Below are positions 1 through 9,793 of a DNA stretch of 64,000 bases, piece after piece (within the stretch, counting starts at the first letter, position 1; each line of letters begins with the position of its first letter). The notes beneath the pieces are model-generated. The model ran no database searches. It was given only the letters and a program-made list of their open reading frames with translations, and was not told the DNA's origin. Source of the stretch: an uncultured Solirubrobacteraceae bacterium (lineage in GTDB: Bacteria > Actinomycetota > Thermoleophilia > Solirubrobacterales > Solirubrobacteraceae); contig CAZPQW010000003.1 of the NCBI GenBank assembly GCA_964588985.1, positions 32,001 to 96,000 of the forward strand. Direction: 5' to 3'. Both the position numbers and the translations under genes were made by a program.

Positions 1-1
1 G

Positions 2-253
2 ACCGAGCGCGAGATCATCGGCGCCGTCGCCGAACTCGCGCGCTACGGGGTCGGCGGGCGCAACCTCAGGGTGTTCCGCTCCTCCGCCGACCGCGAGGCC
101 AACCTGCTCCAGCAGATCCTCGCGCCCGCGCTGCGCTCGCGCAACCCCGAGCGGCGCAAGGAGGCCGTCGAGGCGCTCGAGAACCTCGCCGCGGTCGCCA
201 CCCACCTCAAGCACCTGTTGCTTATCCGAGACCTCCGCAAGATCGTCAGGTGA
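2..253 (+). CDS. MerR-family transcriptional regulator (Rv1828/FtsR-like), C-terminal part, 5' truncated by window edge
   Basis: Frame open from position 2: TEREIIGAVAELARYGVGGRNLRVFRSSADRE...; resembles the C-terminal region of actinobacterial MerR regulators; GTGA overlap with apt. Confidence 0.65.
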   Translation, partial: TEREIIGAVAELARYGVGGRNLRVFRSSADREANLLQQILAPALRSRNPERRKEAVEALENLAAVATHLKHLLLIRDLRKIVR

Positions 254-789
254 GCGACGCCCGCCCGCCCGCCGAGCTGCGCTCGCTGATCCGCGACATA
301 CCCGACTTCCCCAAGCCGGGGATCCTCTTCAAGGACATCACGCCGCTGCTCGCCGACGCCGGTGCGCTCGCCGACGCGGTCAGGCAGCTCGCCGACCACG
401 CGCGCCCGCTGCAGGTCGACTGCGTGATCGCCGCCGAGGCGCGCGGCTTCCTGCTCGGACCCGCGCTCGCGCTCGAGCTCGGCGCGGGGTTCGTGCTCGC
501 GCGCAAGCCCGGCAAGCTCCCCTACGAGACCGTCAGCGCCGAATACGAGCTCGAGTACGGCGAAGGGCAGCTCGAGCTCCACACCGACGCGGTCGCCAGC
601 GGCCGGCGCGTGCTCGTGCACGACGACCTGCTCGCCACCGGCGGCACCGCCGCGACCCTGTGCGAGCTCGTCGAGCAGCTCGGCGGCCAGGTCGTCGGCT
701 GCGGCTTCCTGATCGAGCTCGCGTTCCTCGGCGGCCGCGCCCACCTCGCGCCGCACGACGTGCACGCGCTGCTCACCTACGACTCCTGA
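250..789 (+). CDS. apt: adenine phosphoribosyltransferase
   Basis: IPDFPKPGILFKDITPLL, EARGF, ARKPGKLP and PRPP-binding VHDDLLATGGT motifs. Confidence 0.97.
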   Translation: MSDARPPAELRSLIRDIPDFPKPGILFKDITPLLADAGALADAVRQLADHARPLQVDCVIAAEARGFLLGPALALELGAGFVLARKPGKLPYETVSAEYELEYGEGQLELHTDAVASGRRVLVHDDLLATGGTAATLCELVEQLGGQVVGCGFLIELAFLGGRAHLAPHDVHALLTYDS

Positions 790-807
790 CGAACTAACCT
801 TGGCCTC

Positions 808-1290
808 GTGCCGACTGCTCGCAGAAGCCGCACCATCGCCGCGCCCGTCGAGGATCTGTGGGCGCTCATCGACGACCCCCACCACCTGCCGCGCTGGTGG
901 CCGCGCGTGGAGCGCGTCGAGGACGTTGAGGGGGACGCGTTCACCGAGGTGATGCGCACGCGCAAGGGCAAACTCGTGCGCGCCGACTTCGACGTCACCC
1001 ACCGCGACGAGCCCGAGCACACGCTCACGTGGTCCCAGCGCGTGCACGGCACCCCGTTCGAGCAGGTGCTGAGCTCTGCCGAGACGCAGCTGTGGCTCAC
1101 TCCCAGCGAAACCAGCCGCAGGAGCACCGACGTGACGCTCGAGCTGCGCCAGGAGATGGTGCGCTACTCCGGCCGCTCCAGCGGACTGTTCATGGGCCTA
1201 GCGCCGCGCTTCGGAAGCACGATGGTGCGCCGCGCCGCGGCGGCAACGCTCGACGAGGCGCTCGACGGGCTGGAGCGAGTCAGTGGCTGA
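808..1290 (+). CDS. SRPBCC/START-like (polyketide cyclase/dehydrase) family protein
   Basis: TIAAPVEDLWALIDDPHHLPRWWP N-terminal signature; C-terminal helix. Confidence 0.8.
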   Translation: MPTARRSRTIAAPVEDLWALIDDPHHLPRWWPRVERVEDVEGDAFTEVMRTRKGKLVRADFDVTHRDEPEHTLTWSQRVHGTPFEQVLSSAETQLWLTPSETSRRSTDVTLELRQEMVRYSGRSSGLFMGLAPRFGSTMVRRAAAATLDEALDGLERVSG

Positions 1291-2929
1291 GCTGTCGGCC
1301 GCACCGCAGATGCGCTGGTGGGGGTGGGGAGACCCTGAGCACCCCGCCGCGCTGCCGGCACACGCGCTCGGCTTCCTGCGCGAGACCGTCGGGGTCGCCG
1401 AGCGCCCTTCGCCGCCCGTCGCCCTCGAACACGTGCGGCTCGACCCGCCCACGCTCCCCGAGGATCTGCTCGCGAAGCTGCGCGCGATCCTCGGCTCCGA
1501 CGGTGTGCAGGATTCGCACGTGGCGCGTGTGCTGCACGCCGCCGGCAAGGGCTACCCGGACCTCGTGCGGATGCGCGCCGGCGAGCCGGAGGGCGCCCCC
1601 GACGCGGTGCTCTACCCGTCAGACCACGAGCAGCTGCGCGCGGTGCTCGCACTGTGCGGGCGCTCATCGCTCGCGGTCGTGCCGTTCGGCGGCGGCACGA
1701 GCGTCGTCGGCGGCGTCGCGCCTCTGCGCGGCGAGCACAGCGGCGTGGTCGCGCTTGACATGGCGCGCATGGGAGAAGTGCTGGAACTCGACCGCGACTC
1801 GGCGACCGTCACAGTCCAGGGCGGCATGCGCGCGCCCGCGCTCGAGCGCCATCTCGCCGCGCGTGGGCTCACGCTCGGGCACTTCCCGCAGTCCTTCGAG
1901 TACGTCTCGCTCGGTGGCTGCGCCGCGACGCGCTCGGCCGGACAGGCCTCCACCGGCTACGGGTCGATCGAGAAGCTCGTGCTCGGGCTGCGCGTCGCGG
2001 CTCCCAAGTGCGACATCGAGCTGCCCGCGGTCCCCGCGAGCGCCGCCGGGCCCGGCCTGCGTCAGCTGCTCGTCGGCTCGGAGGGCACGCTCGGGGTGAT
2101 CAGCGAGGTCGCGCTGCGCGTGCGCCCCGCACCGACCGAGCGGATCTACGAGGGCGTGTTCTTCGAGGACTTCCTCGCCGGCACGCAGGCGCTGCGCACG
2201 CTCGCGCGCGAGCACGTGCTGCCTGACGTGACGCGCCTGTCCGACGAGCAGGAGACGCGCATGTCGCTCGCGCTCGCCGGCACGGGCGGCCTGAAGGGCA
2301 GGCTCGGGCGGGCGTATCTGAGCGCGCGCGGGTACGCCGGCGGGTGCCTCGCGATCTTCGGCTTCGAGGGCTCGCCCGCGGACGTCGCGAACCGGCGCGG
2401 GCGCGCACTCGAGCTGGCGCGCTCCAGCGGCGGCCTCGCGGTCGGGCGCTCGCCCGGTGCGGCGTGGCGGCACAGCCGCTTCGCCGGCCCCTACCTGCGC
2501 GACGAGCTGCTCACGCTCGGCGTGATGGTCGAGACGCTCGAGACCGCCACGCAGTGGTCGAACATCGCGCGCCTGCACCGCCAGGTGGCGGACGCGATCG
2601 CGCGCGCCCTGGAGTCGCACGGGACGCCCGGCCTCGTGATGTGCCACGTCTCGCACGTCTACGAGACGGGCGCGTCGCTGTACTTCACGTTCATCGCACG
2701 CCAGAGCGAGGACGATCCGATCGGGCAGTGGCGCGCGGTCAAGCACGCCGCCGGCGACGCGATCGTGGACGGCGGCGGCACGATCACCCACCACCACGCG
2801 GTCGGGCGCGATCACATGGGGTGGATGTCGCGTGAGATCGGCGAGGGCGGGCTCGACGCGCTGCGCGCGGTGAAGGCCGAGCTCGACCCCGCCGGGATCA
2901 TGAACCCCGGGAAGCTGCTCGCGCTCTGA
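1283..2929 (+). CDS. FAD-binding oxidoreductase, alkylglycerone-phosphate synthase-like
   Basis: VVPFGGGTSVVGG, GHFPQSFE, GSEGTLGVI, ITHHHAVG, DPAGIMNPGKL motifs. Confidence 0.88.
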   Translation: MAELSAAPQMRWWGWGDPEHPAALPAHALGFLRETVGVAERPSPPVALEHVRLDPPTLPEDLLAKLRAILGSDGVQDSHVARVLHAAGKGYPDLVRMRAGEPEGAPDAVLYPSDHEQLRAVLALCGRSSLAVVPFGGGTSVVGGVAPLRGEHSGVVALDMARMGEVLELDRDSATVTVQGGMRAPALERHLAARGLTLGHFPQSFEYVSLGGCAATRSAGQASTGYGSIEKLVLGLRVAAPKCDIELPAVPASAAGPGLRQLLVGSEGTLGVISEVALRVRPAPTERIYEGVFFEDFLAGTQALRTLAREHVLPDVTRLSDEQETRMSLALAGTGGLKGRLGRAYLSARGYAGGCLAIFGFEGSPADVANRRGRALELARSSGGLAVGRSPGAAWRHSRFAGPYLRDELLTLGVMVETLETATQWSNIARLHRQVADAIARALESHGTPGLVMCHVSHVYETGASLYFTFIARQSEDDPIGQWRAVKHAAGDAIVDGGGTITHHHAVGRDHMGWMSREIGEGGLDALRAVKAELDPAGIMNPGKLLAL

Positions 2930-2975
2930 ACGGTGCTCTCAGAAGACTCTGAGAACCCGTGCTACGCTGTGCGAC

Positions 2976-3242
2976 ATGAGAGTCGTTACTCATCGTGAGA
3001 TGCGCAATCAAAGCGGTGACATCCTGCGTCGCGTGGCCAACGGAGAGACCATCCAGGTCACCAACAACGGACAGGTCGCAGCGGTGATCGGGCCGCCGGG
3101 CGACGATCCACTCGCGGACCTGGTCTCCCGAGGTCAGGTGAGGGTGGCGCGAACACACCCGTCCAGCCTGCGGTCAATCGTTCGACGCAAGAGCACGGCC
3201 GACAGCCAGGCGATAGTGGCCGACGTCCGTGGCCGCTGGTGA
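2976..3242 (+). CDS. vapB: type II TA antitoxin, Phd/YefM family
   Basis: REMRNQSGDILRRVANGETIQVTNNGQVAAVI; GTGA overlap with PIN toxin; leaderless-type TACGCT just upstream. Confidence 0.88.
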   Translation: MRVVTHREMRNQSGDILRRVANGETIQVTNNGQVAAVIGPPGDDPLADLVSRGQVRVARTHPSSLRSIVRRKSTADSQAIVADVRGRW

Positions 3243-3637
3243 CGACCAGCTATCTGGATACCTCAGCCGCGATGAAGCTCGTCCTCGACGAGCCGCAATC
3301 CGAGGCGCTGACCGCAGAGTTGGCAGGGCAGGACGATCGGCGGCTGGTCTCCTCCTGGTTGCTGCACACCGAGATGCACTGTGCCGCGGGGCGCCACCCC
3401 GAAGATGTCGACCCTGAGGCGGTGGGGACCGTGCTTGATTCCGTGAGCCTGATCGACCTCACACGCGGAGATCTGCTCGCGGCCGGCACGCACGCGCCGC
3501 TGCGATCCAACGACGCCATCCATCTCGCCGTCGCGCTCAGGGTCGGCGCCGATGAGATCGTCACTTACAACGGGGAGCTTGCTGAGCGGGCGACAGCGGC
3601 CGGCCTGCCTGTGCTGTCACCGGGAACCGGTTCGTAA
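3239..3637 (+). CDS. vapC: type II TA toxin, VapC/PIN ribonuclease
   Basis: YLDTSAAMK...E...LRSNDAIHLAVAL PIN motifs. Confidence 0.9.
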   Translation: MTTSYLDTSAAMKLVLDEPQSEALTAELAGQDDRRLVSSWLLHTEMHCAAGRHPEDVDPEAVGTVLDSVSLIDLTRGDLLAAGTHAPLRSNDAIHLAVALRVGADEIVTYNGELAERATAAGLPVLSPGTGS

Positions 3638-3663
3638 CCTCCGAGCGACTTGTGCCACAGCCA

Positions 3664-3705
3664 GTGGCGAGACCGGGACTCGAACCCGGGACACCACGAT
3701 TTCAG
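3664..3705 (-). pseudogene. 3' half of a tRNA (tRNA-Phe-like fragment; att-site-like remnant)
   Basis: Minus strand CTGAAATCGTGGTGTC-CCGGG-TTCGAGT-CCCGG-TCTCGCCAC: perfect T-arm and 3' acceptor strand; no D-arm or 5' acceptor strand. Confidence 0.7.
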
Positions 3706-4676
3706 CCCTGCAGTTTGAACGGGCCGCGCAGCACCACGTGACCGGGCTTGGTGGGGTGCGCGCTCGTCTCGCGCGTGAGCAGGATTTCGCGGAAGGAGCC
3801 GGCGTCGCTCGGCAGCAGCGCCCCGCCGGCGAGTTTGTGATCGGAGCCGACGTTCGGCGCCTTGCTCACCGCCTCGGCGCTCGTGTGCGAGTTGTACAGC
3901 CACACCGCGTAGAAGAAGTGCTTCGACGGAGGCAGATGTTCGGCGGCGATGTAGAACGCGCGCTTGCCGTTTTCGGCGAGGACCTCGACGACCCCGATGC
4001 TCCTGCTCTTCGAGTCCGGCGATTTGATCGGCAGCTGCGCGCTGACCGTCGGCCCTGCCGTTTTCGATGTGCCGGTGCTCGTGGTGGAGGATTTCGCGCT
4101 CGATTTGGGGTGCGAGCCGCCGTTGTTCGCGAGCAGCACCACGGCCACCACGACGGCGATCACGATCGCGCCGAGCAGCAGCGCGCCGCCGAGGCGAGAG
4201 CTGGGCGGCTGGGTCGAGGCTATGGGTGAGCCGCTGCGTGGCGCGGCCGACAGGTCCGCGATGCTTTCGCCGATCCTTGGAGCCTGCGTGGTGGGCGTCG
4301 TGGCGAGGGCTGGCGTGGTCGTCGCCGGTGGGATGTCGGGGAGCTCCGCGGGGCCGAGCGCAGCGAGCTCGTCCGCGAGCGCCTGCGCCCACGCGCGGGC
4401 GGGCTCGGCGGAGCCGAGGTGGGTGCGCGTCCTCAGGCGCTCTGCGATCCCCGGCTGCTGGCCGAGCAGGTAGTCGGCGATCTCCTCGCGCCGGTCCGGT
4501 GTGAGCTCGCGCGCCTGGCGCGGCGCGAGCACCGCGAGCGCGGCGTGGGCGCGGTCGTGCACCGCGGTCTCCGCGATCCCGAGCAGGACGGCCACCTCGG
4601 CGTAGGTCTTGCGCTGGCGCAGGAGTAGGGAGAGCGTCGCGCGCTGGTCGGGGGGGAGCTCGTCCAATCTGCCCAT
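3702..4676 (-). CDS. sigma-70 region 4-like HTH fused to TM helix and RskA-type anti-sigma extracytoplasmic domain
   Basis: LDELPPDQRATL...TYAEVAVLLGIAETAVHDRAHAAL (sigma r4-like); TM LLLGAIVIAVVVAVVLL; C-terminal YAVWLY...LLTRE...P..VVLRG; start moved to ATG 4676. Confidence 0.7.
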   Translation of the reverse strand: MGRLDELPPDQRATLSLLLRQRKTYAEVAVLLGIAETAVHDRAHAALAVLAPRQARELTPDRREEIADYLLGQQPGIAERLRTRTHLGSAEPARAWAQALADELAALGPAELPDIPPATTTPALATTPTTQAPRIGESIADLSAAPRSGSPIASTQPPSSRLGGALLLGAIVIAVVVAVVLLANNGGSHPKSSAKSSTTSTGTSKTAGPTVSAQLPIKSPDSKSRSIGVVEVLAENGKRAFYIAAEHLPPSKHFFYAVWLYNSHTSAEAVSKAPNVGSDHKLAGGALLPSDAGSFREILLTRETSAHPTKPGHVVLRGPFKLQG

Positions 4677-4748
4677 GGTGTGTGTCCTCTGCCGCGGCGG
4701 GCGCGTGCGCGCCGGCTGCGACGGACCGTAGGCTATCGTGGCGGCGGG

Positions 4749-5165
4749 ATGGCCACAGTCAGCGCGGAGCAGATCAACGCACACCTGCAGGGCTTCGACC
4801 GCCTATACGGCCTCGAGATGATCCACTGCTCGGACACCGAGGTGCGCGCTCAGCTGCCCGTTCGCGACGAGATCAAGCAGCCCGCGGGGCTCGTGCACGG
4901 CGGCGTTTACGCGTCGATCGCCGAGTCGATGACCTCGATGGCGACCCATCTGGCGGTGCTCGAGAACGGCGACGCGGCGATGGGGCTGTCCAACAACACG
5001 AGCTTCCTGCGCCCGATCACCGAGGGGACCGTGCACGCGCACGCCACGCGCGTGCACCGCGGACGCACCACGTGGGTGTGGGACGTGCGCTTCAGCGACG
5101 ACGCCGAGCGCACGTGCGCGGTGACGCGCATGACGATCGCCGTGCGCCCCGCCGTCGCGCGGTAA
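4749..5165 (+). CDS. PaaI-family (hot-dog fold) thioesterase
   Basis: QPAGLVHGGVYASIAES; HRGRTTWVW. Confidence 0.9.
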   Translation: MATVSAEQINAHLQGFDRLYGLEMIHCSDTEVRAQLPVRDEIKQPAGLVHGGVYASIAESMTSMATHLAVLENGDAAMGLSNNTSFLRPITEGTVHAHATRVHRGRTTWVWDVRFSDDAERTCAVTRMTIAVRPAVAR

Positions 5166-5183
5166 CGCCGCGGAGGCTGGTCG

Positions 5184-5756
5184 CTAACCGAGCGGGTGCA
5201 GCGGCGGCGGGATCTGAGACGAAGACAGGGGCGTGGCGCCGAAGCCGGTGTCGGGGAGCGGCGCCGGCAGCGGAGCTTCGGGCTCGCTCACCTCGTTGAT
5301 CGCCACGACGGTCCTTGCGGCGGCGAGCGCGAGCTGCGGGTTCGAGGCGTAGATGCTCACCACCACGCCCGCGGTCGGTATCGAGATCGACCTGCCCGCC
5401 TGCGCGATCGTCGCCGGTACGCCGCGGATCGAGCTCACGCTGCTCGGCGCGGCGCCGCCGGGGACGAAGCTGTTGTCCGGCGAGGTGACGACGCGCAGCG
5501 GCGCCACGCACACCGACTGCCCGCCGCGCAGGCAGTTGCCGTACTGCAGCGTATAGGCGCCGCCTGGATCATGCGTGGATTCGGTGAGCTGCATGCCCTC
5601 GAAGCGCGAGCCCAGCCAGTAGACCGGGTAGGGCGCCTCGATCACGCCCTCCAGGGTGTTGGCGGAGACCGCCTGGTTCTGCAGCGTGTCGCCGCAGTCG
5701 CCGAGCGCAAGCGCGAGCATGCACAGCCCGGTGAGCGATATGAGACTGCGACGCAC
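5184..5756 (-). CDS. hypothetical secreted/lipoprotein-like protein
   Basis: Signal peptide with Cys (LALGDCG); host-like codon usage; directly downstream of nadE. Confidence 0.65.
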   Translation of the reverse strand: MRRSLISLTGLCMLALALGDCGDTLQNQAVSANTLEGVIEAPYPVYWLGSRFEGMQLTESTHDPGGAYTLQYGNCLRGGQSVCVAPLRVVTSPDNSFVPGGAAPSSVSSIRGVPATIAQAGRSISIPTAGVVVSIYASNPQLALAAARTVVAINEVSEPEAPLPAPLPDTGFGATPLSSSQIPPPLHPLG

Positions 5757-5778
5757 GCCGGGGAGAGTAACGAGCGCT

Positions 5779-7551
5779 CTAGCCTCGATACCTGTTGGTG
5801 ATCGGCATCCGCCGGTCGCGCCCGAACGCGCGGGCTGTGATCTTGATCCCGGGGGGCGCCTGGCGGCGCTTGTACTCCGCGAGATCCACGAGGCGGATCG
5901 CGCGGTCCACGTCCGCCTCGGGCAGGCCCTGTGCGATCAGCTGCTCCCGGCTGCGGTCGAGCTCGACGTAGCCCTCGAGGATCCGGTCGAGCACCTCATA
6001 CGGTGGCAGCGAGTCCTCATCGCGCTGGTCGTGGCGGAGCTCCGCCGACGGTGCGCGCTCGACGATCGAGTCGGGGATCGGGCTGAGCGCCGGCTCGGCG
6101 CCGTCGGCGCTCGCGCCGATCGTGGCGGGCGCGGCGTCGGAGTTGCGCCACTCGCACAGCCGGTAGACGAGCGTCTTGGGCACGTCCTTGATCACCGCGA
6201 AGCCACCAGCGAGGTCGCCGTAGAGCGTGGTGTAGCCGACCGACATCTCGGACTTGTTGCCGGTGGTGAGAACGAGCCAGCCGAACTTGTTCGACAGCGC
6301 CATCAGCAGGTTGCCGCGCACGCGCGCCTGGATGTTCTCCTCCGTCAGATCCGGCTCGTGCCCGGCGAACGCCGCGCCGAGGGCGTCGTCGTAGGCGAGC
6401 ATCACCCCCTCGATCGGCAGCTCGAGTGCGCCCGTGCCGAGCGCCGCGGCGAGCGCGCGTGCGTCGTCCTGGGTGTGGGTGGAGGAGTAGGGGGAGGGCA
6501 TGATCGTGGTGCTCACCAGCCGCGGGCCGAGCGCGTCGGCTGCGAGGCACGCGACGAGCGCGGAGTCGATCCCGCCGGAGAGCCCGAGCACTACGTGCCC
6601 GAAGCCGTTCTTCTGTACGTAGTCGCGCAGGCCGAGTGTGAGCGCGATGTAGATCTCCGCCTCGGCTGGCGCGAGCGGATCGGCTAGCGCTGACGGTGGT
6701 GGGGGAGCGGGAGCCGTGGCGGGAGCGCTCTCTCTGGCGGGGAGACTCGGCAGGACCGCGACCTCGCGCTGGGAGCGCCGCGCGGCGGGGCGGTGCCCGG
6801 CGTCGCGCAGGCGCGCGGCCGCGGCCGCGTCGAGGTCGATGTCGCACACGAGCAGCTCCTCGCGGAACTGCGCAGCGCGCGCGATCGTGCGCCCGGTGTG
6901 GTCGATCACGCACGAGTGCCCGTCGAACAGCAACTCGTCCTGACCGCCGACCAGTCCGCAGAAGGCGATGCACGCGAGGTTGTCGCGCGCGCGCTGCGCG
7001 AACATCCGCTCGCGCTCGGCGCCCTTACCGGCGTGGTAGGGGGAGGCGGAGATGTTGAGGATCAGCGTCGCGCCCGCGATCGCCTCGTCGCTGGCGGGCG
7101 GACCTGGCTCCCAGATGTCCTCGCACACCGTCAGCCCGACACGGTGCGAGCCGATGTCGATCACCGCGCCGGCGGAGCCCGCCTGGAAGTAGCGCTGCTC
7201 GTCGAACACGCCGTAGTTGGGCAGGTACACCTTGCGGTAGATCGCACGCACCTCGCCGTCGGCGATTACCGCGGCCGCGTTGTACACGTCCTCCGCGCGC
7301 TCGGGAAAGCCGACCACCGCGACCGGGCCGTGGACATCCGGGGCGAGCGAGCGCAAAGCCGCGCCGGCGTCGGCGAGGAAGTGCTCCTTCAGCAGCAGGT
7401 CCTCGGGCGGGTAGCCGGTGAGGACCAGCTCGGGGAACAGGACCAGGTCGGCCTGAGCCTCGATCGCCGCGCGGATGCCCTCGCGTACGCGCTCGGTGTT
7501 GCCGGCGATGTCGCCGACGGTGGCGTTGATCTGGCAGAGGGCGATCCGCAC
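5779..7551 (-). CDS. nadE: glutamine-dependent NAD+ synthase
   Basis: Nitrilase domain (FPELVLTGYPPEDL, CEDIW) plus synthase domain (LGLSGGIDS, ENIQARVRG, TGNKSE, AEYKRRQAPPG); start GTG 7551. Confidence 0.96.
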   Translation of the reverse strand: MRIALCQINATVGDIAGNTERVREGIRAAIEAQADLVLFPELVLTGYPPEDLLLKEHFLADAGAALRSLAPDVHGPVAVVGFPERAEDVYNAAAVIADGEVRAIYRKVYLPNYGVFDEQRYFQAGSAGAVIDIGSHRVGLTVCEDIWEPGPPASDEAIAGATLILNISASPYHAGKGAERERMFAQRARDNLACIAFCGLVGGQDELLFDGHSCVIDHTGRTIARAAQFREELLVCDIDLDAAAAARLRDAGHRPAARRSQREVAVLPSLPARESAPATAPAPPPPSALADPLAPAEAEIYIALTLGLRDYVQKNGFGHVVLGLSGGIDSALVACLAADALGPRLVSTTIMPSPYSSTHTQDDARALAAALGTGALELPIEGVMLAYDDALGAAFAGHEPDLTEENIQARVRGNLLMALSNKFGWLVLTTGNKSEMSVGYTTLYGDLAGGFAVIKDVPKTLVYRLCEWRNSDAAPATIGASADGAEPALSPIPDSIVERAPSAELRHDQRDEDSLPPYEVLDRILEGYVELDRSREQLIAQGLPEADVDRAIRLVDLAEYKRRQAPPGIKITARAFGRDRRMPITNRYRG

Positions 7552-7726
7552 GTGCGGATCGTATCGGCGCCCTAGCGGTGGACGCCGAGGATGCTGCGCC
7601 AACGACCGCCGCGCCACCGTTTGGGCTTGGGCTCGCGCTTCGGAAGTGCGACAGCCCCGACGCCCGGCGGGACCCTCTTCGGCATCGGGCTTGGTGGAGC
7701 CGGTTTGGGTGAGGAATCCGTCATTC

Positions 7727-8197
7727 TCACGTCAACAGTGTAGTGACGAGCGCGACAGCAGAGGCGCTGATCTCGAACATCAGGCCCACGATCGCACGCG
7801 TCACATGCTGAGCTGTGTTCTCTAGGTTCGGAACGTTGTCGTTGTGCAATTGATCCAGGTAGACAGCGGCCGAGGCTTCCATTTGGTGCAGCTCAGCTTC
7901 GTGCGCTCGACCCTGTGCGAGAAACTGGCCTCCGGCGATGCCCGTTGAGAAGCCGCGAGGGAACAGCGCTGCACAGGACTCGACGGCACACCAGATATAT
8001 GCGACGGCCGCGCCGCTGAATGGAATCGCGACGAGCGCCGGGCCCTTCCCGACCGCAACTGCTGCCACTGGTACGACGATCGAAGCAGCGGACAGGACGT
8101 TGGTCGCTCTTTCACGGAGTTTGGCCTCCATCCTCTGCTGTGCGTCAAAGGTCGCTTGTGACAATGAAAGTGCCAGTTCCTCTGGTGTGCTCGCCAT
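7727..8197 (-). CDS. hypothetical membrane protein
   Basis: 156 aa ORF with 2-3 hydrophobic segments; lower GC than flanks. Confidence 0.55.
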   Translation of the reverse strand: MASTPEELALSLSQATFDAQQRMEAKLRERATNVLSAASIVVPVAAVAVGKGPALVAIPFSGAAVAYIWCAVESCAALFPRGFSTGIAGGQFLAQGRAHEAELHQMEASAAVYLDQLHNDNVPNLENTAQHVTRAIVGLMFEISASAVALVTTLLT

Positions 8198-8262
8198 GAG
8201 CAGCACGCTACGGCGTGGTTAGGATCCTTTCGTCGAGCGAGCCGCAGAGGGCTAGGCGCAAG

Positions 8263-9726
8263 TCAGCTTGTGCCGGCAGCGGTGCTGCGGGGCGCCGCCG
8301 CCTTCTTCTTGGCGATCCGCGTGCCGCGCGTGCTCACACCGGCGGCGCGGGAGAGCGCGCCGATCGCCCACTTGAGGTCGAGCGCGATCGCGTCGAGCTC
8401 GGGCAGCGCGTCGTAGTCGCCGAGCAGTCCGAAGCCGAGATGTCCGTCGTAGCTCATCACGGCGATGCCGAGCGCCTGGCGCTGGGCGAGCGGGACGACG
8501 GGGTAGAGGACCTCGAGCCTCTGCCCGAGCAGGTACAGCGGGAACTGCGGCCCGGGCACGTTCGTCACGACCAGGTTGAAGAACGGCTGTTTGGCCTGCA
8601 GGCGCGCCGCCTGGCTGAGGATCGTGGGGGGCGCGAAGCCGGCGAGGTTGGTGAGGGCCTGCGCGCCGACGGCCTGGCCGGACTTCTTCAGGTCCTCCAT
8701 CGCGGCGGTGACGGCGCTGAGGCACTCCGCGGGGTTCTCCACCCCGACCGGCAGCGGGGCCCACATCGCGGCGACCTGGTTGCCGAGCGCGCCGCGCTGC
8801 GCCTTCGTGCGGACGGACACGGGGACCATCGCCTTCAGCACAAGGCCGTCGGTGGGGAAGTCGCGGTTGCGAAGGTAGCGCCCGAGGGCGAGGCTGACGG
8901 ACGTGAGGACGACGTCGTTGAGCGTGCCGCCGAGCGAGTCCTTGATCGCCTTGAAGTTGGCCAGGTCCGCGTCGAGGAACGTGTAGCGGCGATGCGGGCC
9001 GATCTCGACGTTGAACGGGCTCGGCGGGGCCGGCGCGCTGATGCCCGCGATGGTGGTCGCGCCGATGCTCGTGAGGTTGTCCTTCACCTGCGCGAGCGCC
9101 TTGCGCGGGGCGCGCAGCAGCGCGCGCCCGCCACGGAGCATCTCCGCGGGAACGGTCGATCGCTCGACGAGCGCCTCGCCGAGCAGCTTCGCCGGCCCGG
9201 GCAGCGGCTTGGCGCTCCAGGTCGATGCCGGTGCCACAGGCGCGGGTTCGCGGGAGGTGTCGAACAGAACCGTGGTGATGTCCACCCCGGAGATGCCGTC
9301 GACGAGTGCGTGGTGGGTCTTCGCGATCAGCGCAAAGCGCCCTTTGGACATGCTCTGCACGAGCCAGATCTCCCACAGCGGCTTGGAGCGATCGAGACGC
9401 TGGGAGAACAACCGTCCGGCGAGGCGCTTGAGCTCGCCGTCGTCCGCGGGCTTCGGCAGCGCGGTGTGGCGTATGTGGTAGTAGGGGTTGAAGTGCGGGT
9501 CGTCGGTCCACACGGGCCGGCCCTGGCCGAGCGGTACGTGGGCGAGGCGCTGGCGGTAGCGCGGCACGAGGTGCAGCCGGCCCAGCACGTGGTCGATCAG
9601 CTCCTGCAGCGTCGGTGCGGCGCCCTCGAACACCATCACCGACGCTACGTGCATGTGCGCGGTCGAGTGGTCCTCGAGGTGCAGGAACGTCGAGTCCAGT
9701 GCCGTCAAGCGGTCGGGATTGGCCAT
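8263..9726 (-). CDS. wax ester synthase/diacylglycerol O-acyltransferase (WS/DGAT)
   Basis: HHALVDG catalytic motif; LDRSKPLWE; NLVVTNVPGPQFPLY. Confidence 0.95.
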   Translation of the reverse strand: MANPDRLTALDSTFLHLEDHSTAHMHVASVMVFEGAAPTLQELIDHVLGRLHLVPRYRQRLAHVPLGQGRPVWTDDPHFNPYYHIRHTALPKPADDGELKRLAGRLFSQRLDRSKPLWEIWLVQSMSKGRFALIAKTHHALVDGISGVDITTVLFDTSREPAPVAPASTWSAKPLPGPAKLLGEALVERSTVPAEMLRGGRALLRAPRKALAQVKDNLTSIGATTIAGISAPAPPSPFNVEIGPHRRYTFLDADLANFKAIKDSLGGTLNDVVLTSVSLALGRYLRNRDFPTDGLVLKAMVPVSVRTKAQRGALGNQVAAMWAPLPVGVENPAECLSAVTAAMEDLKKSGQAVGAQALTNLAGFAPPTILSQAARLQAKQPFFNLVVTNVPGPQFPLYLLGQRLEVLYPVVPLAQRQALGIAVMSYDGHLGFGLLGDYDALPELDAIALDLKWAIGALSRAAGVSTRGTRIAKKKAAAPRSTAAGTS

Positions 9727-9793
9727 GTGGTCGATTGTTGCCGGTCTGGCACCTCGCGTCAACGACCTGGGGGAAAGCTTTTCCGTGCGGGGC

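Noticed and set aside
3664-3740. Complete tRNA gene
   Set aside because: The 5' half is absent (replaced by coding sequence), so it is reported only as a fragment
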